This document shows positions 24,153 through 34,760 of a stretch of 64,000 bases of DNA, in pieces. Source of the DNA: Epiperipatus broadwayi (Eukaryota; Animalia; Onychophora); assembly GCA_028023455.1 (NCBI GenBank), contig JAQFVV010000007.1, positions 14,694,001 through 14,758,000 of the forward strand, read 5' to 3'. Below the pieces are notes generated by a model that had not been told where the DNA came from, searched no databases, and worked only from the letters and a program-made list of their open reading frames with translations. A program made the translations under genes and the position numbers. Numbering within the stretch: position 1 is the first letter of the stretch; the number at the start of each line of letters is the position of its first letter.

Positions 24153-24950
24153 TTTTTTATCAAATATGTTTATTAATCTTTATAAATAATATAAAAACTA
24201 TGTCAGATAATGAAAATTATTCTACATGAATAAAGCATGATAAACAGAGAACAAAAACATTAATTATAAATAACAATTAGCCAAGCACTTTCAGTACTGT
24301 ATAGCAGAATCATGGTGACATACTGGAATGTCACCATGTTTCTGGTATACAGTATCGAAAGTGCTTGGCTAATTGTTATTTATAATTAATGGTTTTGTGC
24401 TCTGTTTAGCATGCTTTATTCATGTAGAATAATTTTTATTAATCTTTATATACAATTGTTAGTCAAAAGATTACATCTAAGCAAACACTAATTTTATGTA
24501 ACATCAAGATATATCAAATGAGAATGGACTCACTAATGATATTAGGTAACATCAAAGTTTATTTTATCTCATATTTACTCTGCTGCAATGTGAGGAGCTA
24601 TTTTGTATCTCTCTATCAAATGGTGTTTTATTTCTGGATAACATTTTATCTGTACTACTTAGAAACCTGTCCAAGATTAAGTAATATATTTACTGTGATT
24701 AAGCAGTCCCAAATAGATCTCAGTTTTAAATTTTTGTACAGTTTCATTAATCCTCATGTTACCCAAATCACTCAGGTACCTTTCAGAAGCACTTGTGATA
24801 TCAGCCAGATTTGTTAGACCTTCATCTGTTGCTATCTCCAACTTTATTAATTCCCATGTGGTTTCATAAGTCATTTGTGATGCTATCCACTGGTCTCTCT
24901 TTTTGTTGCTCTGAGTTTTCTTAGTAGCATTTGTTGAGAGTCAATGTTGA
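24153..24950 (-). mobile_element. Polyadenylated retroposed insert of unknown origin with ~15-bp TSD
   Basis: TSD attagtttactgttt (24138-24152) / attggtttattgttt (24951-24965), single in the intact LINE copy. Minus strand ends aataaa...poly(A). Contains the 65-aa ORF 24677-24874. Confidence 0.7.
24209..24440. repeat. Near-perfect hairpin, ~113-bp arms, 6-nt loop
   Basis: 24209-24321 versus the reverse complement of 24328-24440, only a handful of mismatches. Bracketed by the 16-bp direct repeat tttattaatctttata (24169, 24435). Confidence 0.92.
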
Positions 24951-27900
24951 ATTGGTTTATTGTTTAAGGCTCAAATGGGATCTTTAGCAACAAGTAAATA
25001 TACACATAAATGAAAAAATATAGATGATTTAGTTTGCAAGTTATGCAAGGAAGGCATAGAAAATATTAGGTATCTGTTACTTGAATATAAATGCCTGAAA
25101 GCAGAAAGGGTACAAATAATGAAGTTGTGAAAGAATAAAAATAAACAAAGTGATTATACAGAAAGTGGTTTCTTGTTTTTTTATGCTGGGTTTGGGAAAA
25201 AATAAGGAGGATTTAGATATAAAGGCCATGGAATTGACAAAAATTATATTGTGGAAATGGGATGGAGCAGGATAAAGAACAATATGGGAAAACTTAGGGT
25301 GGTGAATGGAAAGAGAAGGTGGCTAAGAGGTTTTTCTGAGCAATAGAGGCTGAAAAATTCTTGACTCTGAAAAAAAGCCGTAGCGCATTGCATCGCATTA
25401 CAGTATTAACAGCTTGTGTAAGCATAGTAAATGGTGATCATACTGAAACAGTCAGCTTTGTCAATCCTCCTGTTTCACCTACTATATACTATAGTAGTAT
25501 TTCTATATAAATATCTATCACCAAATACTCGTATATCAGGTTAATATTATATCCAAATCAGCTGGATTTAAATATAAAGGTATTAGTTGTGTGTGTGTGC
25601 ATATAGTTTAAGTCTACAAGATAAAAGGTGTATCTGTATATGTAAAAACCCATATATACACACGCATATATTTCTAGGAGTAAATTAATGAAAACTGCAT
25701 TGTATGTGTAATGAGAGACTATATATATGGAGGAAAGAATAATGTTAACAGATTTAAAACATTATAAATTTATTTATTTAAAATATTTATTCTAAAGAAA
25801 ATTAATATTTGAAATTATTGTATATTTCTGCATATATTGCTAAATTAAATAATCAAGTTACATATATAACCAGATGGTTTCTATTTAGATTTGTTTTCAA
25901 AAAATTGGTATTATAAAATTCCATTTATAGATTTGTTTTTGAAATATTGGTATTATAAAATTTAATCTTTCTTGCTGAAGTGTAACCTAATTACAAAACT
26001 AAAAAGTAACACTAAGTTGTACGATAAATTATCCTCAGTGATTAACAAGAAATTGTGAATGACCGGATGTAAAACTTCGCTATAAGAAATAAAAACAAAG
26101 TTAATTATACGATTCTAGGAATACAGTGAGAAAATTGGCAAAACAAATCTAGAACATTACTATAACCGAGAAGAGGAGGGGTAAGCTGAATATATAAGCC
26201 TCTGTGGCCATTTTGAAAGGAATCGGACCTTATTTTCATTCAACCACTTATGTTTAAAATTATTAATTAAGATGCAGATTGAGTAGAGGCAAATTTTCTT
26301 GCTTTCCTGACTCAAGAAGTCTACCGATGCAGGAGATAGCAAAGAAGAGGAGCCGTGTGTGATGGAGCAGTTGCCTGAACTTTCAATATGGAATAAGCGC
26401 AAGCAGCAAAGGAGAACCTGATAATAACTTTCCTCTACTTAAAAGATAGTGTAAATTTAAATCCACTACTAAATGTAATTTTGATTTTTCTTGTTTTCAT
26501 TTTCACCTTAAAATCTTGCCTGATTTAATGATTTAATTTAATCTCATATTTATTGATTTACATGCTCTATGTATTTATTAATTTATGTGTTGTTTGCTAA
26601 GTTATCTCCGATTGATCTAGTTCAACGTATTTACAATTTTCTGATTTATTTAGTTGTGACTTGCTTAAAGTGATTGATTTTAAATTAATTATTATAAATT
26701 TCATTACGTATAATTTTAAATGCTTTATTCTAAATTGTGTCTAATTTTAAATGCTTCATTCTATAATGATAATTAAGTTTCTAGATTATTTTACGTATTT
26801 TAACTTAATGATATGTGCTTTTACATATTTTAAAATAATAGTAATATTTGCCTCAATTAATTCATGTACACAACTTAAATTTGTCTTGAACTGGGTCAAT
26901 TAGATATAAACGAATTGTGTTGCAATTTCATTAAACTATGCCAAAAACCAGTCAAATTTTAGATATCTGTTCATTAAACATACATTCTTTCTAAGTCTAT
27001 GCCGTTTTATGATTTTCCATTGCTTAGTAGTTGTGCTATATTTATTTGAAATGGGATTTTACTACTGACTAAATGCTTAGTGAGGAGCCATCAAAAGTTC
27101 ACACCTAGAGAATAATATAGAGTCTAGGATGCAAAAGAAAACTGTTTTGAAAGGATAAAATATCTTGTTTGAGAGTTAATTAAGAAAGCTTACAGCTGTT
27201 TTAAAATAGATTCGCTTTCAAGATATTTAACTAATGTTTAGCCAGAGTGATTGAGATACAGCATAGAGCTATAACTTTATATCTTAATGCCCAATAATAT
27301 GCTGTACTTCCTTCTAAAGTATAAATTTCTATATAGATAGCTTTACAAATTAGATTCCTAGTTTTTCCTTAATAGCATAATTATACATGCTACCTAATGA
27401 ACTGATATATGGTAGTTTCATGAAGGAAACTAGTGTTTAGCATCATTAAATTTTAATTATATAATGTGGTCAGTGGTGCGAGTGTGTTTTTAAGAAATGC
27501 TATGGCGTATATATTTGTTGCTGTATTCCTTAGTGGGTGTATGTTTAAGGCTACGTCGTTACTCTCTTAGTTCGGACAAGTATCTCTTCAGATGGAGGCT
27601 GGATGTCCCATCCCATTCTTCATTCTTATAAATGCAGCATGAGACTCCCATTGTTTAATTAGTTGTTCGATCACCGGACTAAAGGGTCGTTATCTTATTT
27701 CCACAGCAATAAGTACGGTGAAAAAAAGAACCGTTACTTGGTAAAAATCTCATAAAAAGGCACTCTCGAGATGCAAGGGTTATATCAGACTTTACATTTT
27801 CTATACGCCATGGTATCTGAAGTCTGACTGCCAATCATCAGTTCAACCTGCCATAGTAATTGTATTTTCAGTTTTGATCTGAATTCGAGTCTAATTTTAT

Positions 27901-28116
27901 AAGCACACAAGCTATATAGAGAATATTAAGTATTCGTGTTTGATAAAATATCATTCTTTATTAATAGGTGTAATCACTTCTGCTAGCTCTAGAGCGGATT
28001 TAGTCCCCATTATATAGCATAAACTAGGCATGGATGATCATGAGCAAATTAACCTTGTTCTATAATGTAATCTTAAGGGTCATGAAAATATAAATTTTAT
28101 ACTTATAATTTCTTCA

Positions 28117-28441
28117 TCACCTGCGAGTTATATCTATATGTAGCAAACCCAATGAAATGATTTGTAATTCAAACTACAATCACCTGCACGTGATTGGAAT
28201 TGCTATATAAACAGTTAAATCATCACTTTCGAGTGATATATGTATTTGTAATAAACCTAATGTAACTAACCAAAATAATTAATGTCACCTGTGAGTGATT
28301 TACATTGCCCAAATGTATATGTAAAATAAAGCCATATGTAACTAGGCAAACCATAAATTATTATAACTCCAGTCATCACTTGCGTGTGAATCCCAAACTC
28401 AAATATGGAATTGTATCCCTAACTTAGTCACCTGTGTGTGA
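28117..28441. promoter_or_regulatory. Cluster of six TCAC-N6-GTGA quasi-palindromes
   Basis: Copies at 28117, 28180, 28223, 28285, 28376 and 28428; consensus TCACYTGYGWGTGA. Confidence 0.55.
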
Positions 28442-30654
28442 TTCAACCCATATAGCCAAGTTATAGTCATCATTTTAAATTAATAATTTTAATATTTATT
28501 TTCATTAAATTATGTTTAAATTTAACTTCTGTGTCATGTCTCAATGTTGCTCATTGGTAAGTCTTTATTGATTATTTAATCATTAGTTAAGAATCACAAT
28601 CCATATTTTATAATTATGTTCTGCCACACACATCGTCTATATAGCTATACTCGTTAATAAGTCAACTTATCTTAGTCTTGTGCTTTACTGATGTGCTACT
28701 GCCGGCACGTGATGAAAGAAAATGCTACTGTGGCTTCATATGTGTCATCCGCAAAGTGGTAAATCTTGGAGCGTTAGTAAAGGAGTTGGGGCTATATCAG
28801 ACAATGTGGTTTGTATCACTCTATGCTGGTCAGCCTTGGTATGATTTACTAAAGTTCTGGATTTTGTTGCACGAATGTACAGATTTGATTGTTACAATAC
28901 GATATTTTTGCTCTAAAATTAAGATAAACTCTATTAAGAAAATAGCATGTCTCCAACGATTATGATGATTATATGTTATTGCTTGAGGTCATCATTCTGT
29001 TGTGCGGTTATGCTACCCTATCATACAGAAAAATATTAAAATGATAGATCGAATTAGTTAACATTTATAACTCCAATTACTGTACTGTTTGTATTAAAAT
29101 TAAAGCGAGTAATGTCAAACTGATACTAGCTATCTCCAGCTGTTGGTGTAAATAAAGCATTCATACGTGTATATATTGTTCTAGTACCACCATCCCAACA
29201 ATGTTCTAGATGGTAACTTTTATTTGTTTTAAAGATACGATTTATTTATTTATTTTTTAAATACCAGAAATAACTTATATGTATAGCATTATCAACCAAA
29301 TTGAAAAATATGTTTTTAAACTGAGCAGTGAAAGAGTGCAACCATAAAATTTCATTTTGAAGAAAATATAAAATAAATATGAACGCTGTAATTGTGTTAG
29401 GGCAAATCTTTGATGTGTCGCTGCAAATATAAATTTTAACTTCTATGGCTTTTGTATTTATTTATATATTATTTTAGCTTCTTGTGGGTGTGGGTGTTTT
29501 ATATGCAGAAATTTTTTGTCTGGAGTTATTTTTTTGAGCAGAAAACGTAATAATATTCTTTTAATGAATCTAATTCTATTTTCTAGGTTCTGTAATTTTT
29601 CTGATCCTGTTTATCATCACGAACACAATTTGTAATATAAAATGCTGGGTGATTTTAATTAGCAACTCATTCATCTCTTTCGTTTTTGTTTATATTTTTT
29701 TTTCTTAAAAGCAATTACATGTAGATCATTGAATTCTTTAAAGATCAATTTAAAATCCTCAATCTAATAAAAAAAAAATTAACACTTCCACAAACTGTGA
29801 AAAATTCCACTTTTTAATTTTTTTTAAAGTGTGGAAAAATGTTATGAATGCGATTTAAAAATATCTTCTTTTTTGTTTTTCATACTGGAGGTAAAAGTCG
29901 CATTTATGTTTATAAAAGTTCGCCATATGTACATCATTTGTCAACCGTCTTGACAGTTCGCTTCAGTCTCTTCTGGCCTTACTTAGGCACTTTTTCCCCT
30001 TAACACTACACACTGTAAGTTTTCATAAAACTTGATCTAATTAACTTCGGACTCTACTCCCATCAGTAAATATACAACTGAATGAAAGCTACACTTAGAT
30101 AACAATAAATTTAAAATAAAAAGAAAAGGAGAGGAGGATTAGAAAATGTCATGTAGAAATTGAAAAATGGCTAACATTTGCTTTTGTCAATACATAACGC
30201 ATTTATTTTTAAATATGACGATATTATATAGTCATGTTTATGAAAAAGTATTCTAAATTACTATTTATGACTGTCAACATTGAATAAAGTTTTGTTTACT
30301 TTGATATGAAGTTATGCAACAAATTTACTACACTAAGCCAGTATTATTTTCTCTCTCTCTTTTTTTTTTTTTTTGCGGATTAAAAGAGTCAATTTAATTT
30401 TTTCTTTAGAAAGAGTGCGGTTCTTTTTGCTTTTAATAAATTTGTCCTATTTATAGACTATGCTGTGTGTGAAATAATACCCAATGTTTTTTTTAACTAT
30501 ATTTAAATTTACAGCAACAAATAAATAATAGCATGTTAAATTTGTTCGAGAGGTCACGTGATTTTTGAACACACATGACTAACTTGAGATTCTTTTATTT
30601 TATGCATTTAAAAAATGTAAATAATCCATTGGCACACCAAAAGTGATAAAGCAA

Positions 30655-30720
30655 GTCGAATCATTAGACCTTCAGTTCTAGATCCTGCTACGTTATCGCT
30701 ACGCTTAACCGTTGAGCGTT
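30655..30720 (-). mobile_element. tRNA-derived SINE head or tRNA-like relic
   Basis: Minus strand gctcaacggttaagcg (A-box-like) ... gattcgact (B-box-like). No full cloverleaf. Confidence 0.4.
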
Positions 30721-31464
30721 TATGCAACCTACATAGGATAGTTTAAAACTGTTTTTCTACGTATACTTATATCTAGATAAATGATATTTATATTTTTATT
30801 TTGACTAAAGCAGTCAGATTTATAAGCAGCCAAAGAAAGACATAAGTAGAAAACATGAATATCTGGATCATTTAAATCTATATATACAAAATAAACTTTT
30901 TTTTGTGGCACTATTTCTATTAAAAGATATTTTAAATGGAAACGTTTTAGACTAATATTTTATTTTATTTTTGAAAAATGAAAGTAAAAAATAAGTATGA
31001 CATTTCTCTACTGAGAAAAAATTAGTTTTTATTATTATGCCCAACCTTCCGTGTAACATACAAATACGTAAGTTTATTTATAAATTTAAACAAGCAGAAA
31101 GAGTGTAGGCCATTTTTATTACTGCTAATAATTGGATTTTATAACGTTAGATAATACACTAGGTAGTGCTTTCTGGTAATTGGACGTGTAACATTTTTCT
31201 GACTTTTAATTTATAATAAATAAATATAAGTATACTAACATCAATCCAAAATCCCTGGTTCTAAGGTTCTTTCAGACTTTAACAAATAAACCTTTCTTTT
31301 CTTCTCTGGGCTTGCTTTAATTTACCCTCAGTAATGGACTTGTTCAAACTACCGAACCATCTAATTCAGATTTAGAAAATATCGCAGGTTACCACTGAAA
31401 CAACAATAATGTAAAACAAATAACCAAAGGCACAAACAGGCCATTCATAGAACTGGATTATTAA

Positions 31465-31725
31465 AGGGATTTGAACAGAGACTTTTAAGCTTACTTCAGC
31501 TACCCTCTATATCTTATATAACCAATACACATGACCACATGCATGAGAATAAGATAAATGATCTCCAATACACGTATATCGGGCTAAATCAGCATTCATC
31601 AGTTGATCCAGATCAGCATCTCCCATATATATATATAATTAGGGTTTAGTTTATATGAAGATAAAAAATCTTCAAACTTTAATGGACAGACTTTATTGTC
31701 TCTACTCTTCAGCTATCCATACCAT
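31465..31725 (-). mobile_element. Family C copy
   Basis: Full-length match to the 4141 and 48600 copies, with cttcagcta at 31495 and 31708. Confidence 0.85.
31564..31607 (-). ncRNA. Hammerhead motif, family C (GAAA mutated to GAUA)
   Basis: aucaa-CUGAUGA-augcug-auu-uagccc-GAUA-uacgug-UA-uugga. Confidence 0.65.
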
Positions 31726-32454
31726 TGGGTTAGTAAATATGATTGTTCAGAGAAGGAAAAGGAGGTAGATAACCATAAAACTGATGCCCATTTAAAAGAG
31801 CAGTGAGTGCAAATTTGATGATTTTGAGTCATTTTAGATCAGTAGTTCACAGTCTGGCATTGCTCTCACAGTAAAACATATTGATTAATATTTGCAGACT
31901 GCATTCAGGCACATTTAAGTTCACAATGGGAATTTGCTGACAACAAATAGTATATTCACAAGCCAAGCCAACATATCTGAAAGATTTAGGTTTATTGAAA
32001 TGAATAATGTCATTCTTCCAGAATATTGGTTGCTATGGACAATAATGAAGCCAAATCCAACATGTCTGAAAGATTTAGGTTTATTAGAATAAATCAAGGC
32101 AGTTTTTCATCCTGCATTTGTTATTGGCACTAGTGATACATTTGTAATCCAAATGCAATTAATACTAAACTCTCTGGGTCATTGTAAATATATTACTAAC
32201 ATAAAAAGGTACAAAAGATGTTTTAAAATTATTTCAAGTATTTATTAGTTGGAAAACATACAATATCTTCATTCATTACAAAATCAAACTTTGCTGAAAA
32301 TTTAACTAAACATTAATTTTATGAACTATAATTGGCTTATAGTAAAACACATTTTGAAACTATATGCATTTATATTATCAATAACAGTATAACATCTTAA
32401 AAGATAAGCTTATATTTATATCATTTCAAAATTTGTATATAGTAGTAAGCATTG

Positions 32455-32540
32455 ATGGCCAAGTGGTTAGCACAGCTGCCTTATGAGCAGTTGCCCCAGA
32501 GTTCACATCCCAGTTGACACTTCAACATACTAAAAAAAAA
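32455..32540 (+). mobile_element. Short tRNA-derived SINE, copy 1
   Basis: tggccaagtggttagcacagctgcctta (A box) ... gagttcacatccc (B box), A-tail. Matches 46857 and 60139. Confidence 0.7.
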
Positions 32541-32639
32541 TAATGAAATACTTTGCAGTTCTGTTGGATAATTAAAACTTTTGAATTAGTCTTTTCTGGA
32601 TTATTGATAGCATTTGGAATTATTTATAAGTGGCTTAAT

Positions 32640-33170
32640 CAAACAAGGATTAAGTTACAATACAGGTTTGATGTGTGAAATTTTTAATTTGAATTAATTA
32701 AAACTGACCCAGTTTGTAACAACTGTCATAAACATGAAGAAACATGGCAACACATCATACGCAACTGCACAGGGCTCGGTAATATTAAAAACATTATCTT
32801 AAAGAACTCAAAAATAGACTACTACCTAATAACTTCTCTAAGGACTTCTTAAAATTCAACCTATTTCAGTCATCAGACTGTCCATATTTCTTACATATGC
32901 CATGTGCATAGTCAGATGCATAAAAATGTTCACAGTCACACAATGGGGTGAAAACACATTCTTTTTACAGAAGCTTTCACAAATGAGAAAAAGATGAAAC
33001 TCTAGCTACAACGGCTGCCACAAGAATGCTTCAAAGCAAACTCCACAGAAAACAAAGAAAATGATTACAGAAACAGACATAGCTTGCTGCCAAGAGGATA
33101 CACATCAACACCACAAACCAATTTAGACTCAATAGCAGAACAATCTAAAACACAGAAGAAAAATGAACTT
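32640..33170 (+). mobile_element. L1/Tx1-like LINE 3' fragment with CCHC zinc knuckle
   Basis: KTDPVCNNCHKHEETWQHIIRNC gives C-x2-C-x8-H-x4-C. Confidence 0.6.
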
Positions 33171-33419
33171 ACACATACTCTCTTTTACTTTGTAGCGTAA
33201 GCAGCCTTGTTACACTATACTTGATATTACTTTGTAATTTTAGAGCAATAAATTCCTTAAGAATTAAAAGCAGAAACAAAAACTTCTTGGATTCCAAAAT
33301 TATAGTATGCTGATTATTGTGGAGTTCTTTTTTTTTCTATTCAAAATTCAGTTTTCAGAATGTACTTTGTGTTTTGAATGCAATATGTACATACACTTTG
33401 GTTTATTAATTAATATTCA

Positions 33420-34045
33420 AAACCATCAGCCAATGATGGGAAAAAATCCTCAACAACATTTACTTTGGATGACTATCAACTTGAGAATGTAAATCAGTTT
33501 AAATATTGTGGTAATTTTATAAATAGAAAGGGTACTTAAATGTTAAGGTGTAATCTACACTCTAATGTGCTGCTGCTTTTAGCAAATTAAATAACAAGAG
33601 AAATATATATTGTGTATAAGTTAGTTAGCAAATTTACTATATGGAAGTAAGACCTGGACAGCCTGTTAGGTCAATATTAAAGCACTAGTAATTTTTTATT
33701 TAAAATTGCCTTGGGAAATTTTTAAAAATACAATGGGAAGACCAGAACATCAATCACTATGCTCTTCAATTTACTGGATGTGATATTATAGAGTCCACTA
33801 ATGTAAAGCTTAACTGTTGATGAATTGGACATGTTAAATAAATGCCCAATGCAAAACTCCCTAAAAGAGTGCTTTATGGTGAACTTTTGTATGGGTTTTA
33901 TGGGAGGAGTCCCCATCTACATTATAAGGATTATCTCAAAGATGTTCCAAAGAAGAGCAGTGTCAATTGTATCCACCGGGAAAATATGGAAGGAAGTAGA
34001 ATAAATTGGAAAGCTACAATTGAACATCATGTTGAAATATTTTAA
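33420..34045 (+). pseudogene. RTE-clade reverse transcriptase C-terminal fragment, many stops
   Basis: DDYQLENVNQFKYCG..AAFSKL..IQWEDQN..IGHVK*MPNAKLPKRVLYGELLYG..PHLHYKDYLK. Confidence 0.85.
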
Positions 34046-34250
34046 AAAATAAAGAAATTAAAAGATGAAATCTAAAACATACAAATAAACAGAAAAATAG
34101 ACATTCTACATATAAACAAGTTTGTTGGTTCACAAATTGATTTGTGTAGTCATTATGAAGCTCTTTTCTAGAGAAGTTTCTCTCTATCTCTCTCTCTCTG
34201 CTTCTTTCTTCTTTTTTGGAAATTAAAATGGCCATAGTTATTTAGAAATG

Positions 34251-34326
34251 ATTACACTGTTATTTAGTCTACCAGTATATATATAACCATTACACTGTTA
34301 TTTAGTCTACCAGTATATATATAACC
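34251..34326. repeat. Perfect 38-bp tandem duplication at the edge of a family F MITE
   Basis: attacactgttatttagtctaccagtatatatataacc x2, identical. Confidence 0.9.
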
Positions 34327-34519
34327 ATTAGAAACCAATCAACACTTAGACAATTCCAGTATAGATAACAATCAGCAATCGCAAACTGTTGTCAAAGCAA
34401 ATTCCTTTTATCAATTAATGTTAAAAAGAATGTTACCTTGACAACAGTTTGAAATTGTTGATTGTTTTTTATATTGGGATTGTTTAAGTGTTTACTGTTT
34501 TCCAAATGGTTATTTATAA
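34316..34519. mobile_element. Family F palindromic MITE (~200 bp, TA-flanked)
   Basis: tataaccattagaaaccaatcaacacttagacaat...ctgttgtcaaagc / ccttgacaacag...attgtttaagtgtttactgttttccaaatggttattt. Confidence 0.75.
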
Positions 34520-34687
34520 ACCCATATGGTCTTGAGCATTATTATCCTTATTATTCAGTATATATATATATATTATAAAAAGTTTGGAGGGGTAAAATAT
34601 ATAAAATATATTTTTTGTTTTTTGTTCATTTTAAAAACTTTTAATATATATTTATTTACTTTTCGTCTCTGTCACACACCCCCCACA

Positions 34688-34692
<5 letters not shown>

Positions 34693-34757
<65 letters not shown>
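34693..34757. repeat. (TA)n microsatellite
   Basis: Direct reading. Confidence 0.97.

Positions 34758-34760
<3 letters not shown>

Larger units (their letters stand above)
23880..25376 (+). mobile_element. L2/Crack-like LINE 3' fragment split by an ~800-bp insertion
   Basis: 23880-24152 plus 24951-25376 are colinear with the intact copy at 37577-38250. Encodes WRTSMESKKSLNIY..YDNS..LLFKAQ.G..CKLCKEGIENIRYLLLEYKC and ends ttcttgactctgaaaaaaa. Confidence 0.85.
26000..31400. promoter_or_regulatory. CpG-retaining island (candidate unmethylated promoter region)
   Basis: Hand count of roughly 70-80 CpG in 5.4 kb versus about 8 in the first 5 kb of the window, with no large GC change and no TE ORF. 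Confidence 0.55.

Noticed and set aside
27562-27598. Minus-strand CUGAAGA-gauacuuguc-cGAAC hammerhead look-alike
   Set aside because: GAAA is absent, and there is no convincing stem I or cleavage triplet and no second copy.
28678-28965. 95-aa ORF in the CpG island
   Set aside because: Starts at TTG, has no recognisable domain, and longer ORFs are expected by chance in GC-richer sequence.
32860-32880. Minus-strand CUGAUGA-cu-GAAA
   Set aside because: No room for stem II and no stem I partner; it lies inside a LINE relic.
34251-34326. Perfect 38-bp duplication as a functional element
   Set aside because: More likely a recent slippage event or an assembly artefact next to a TA run.
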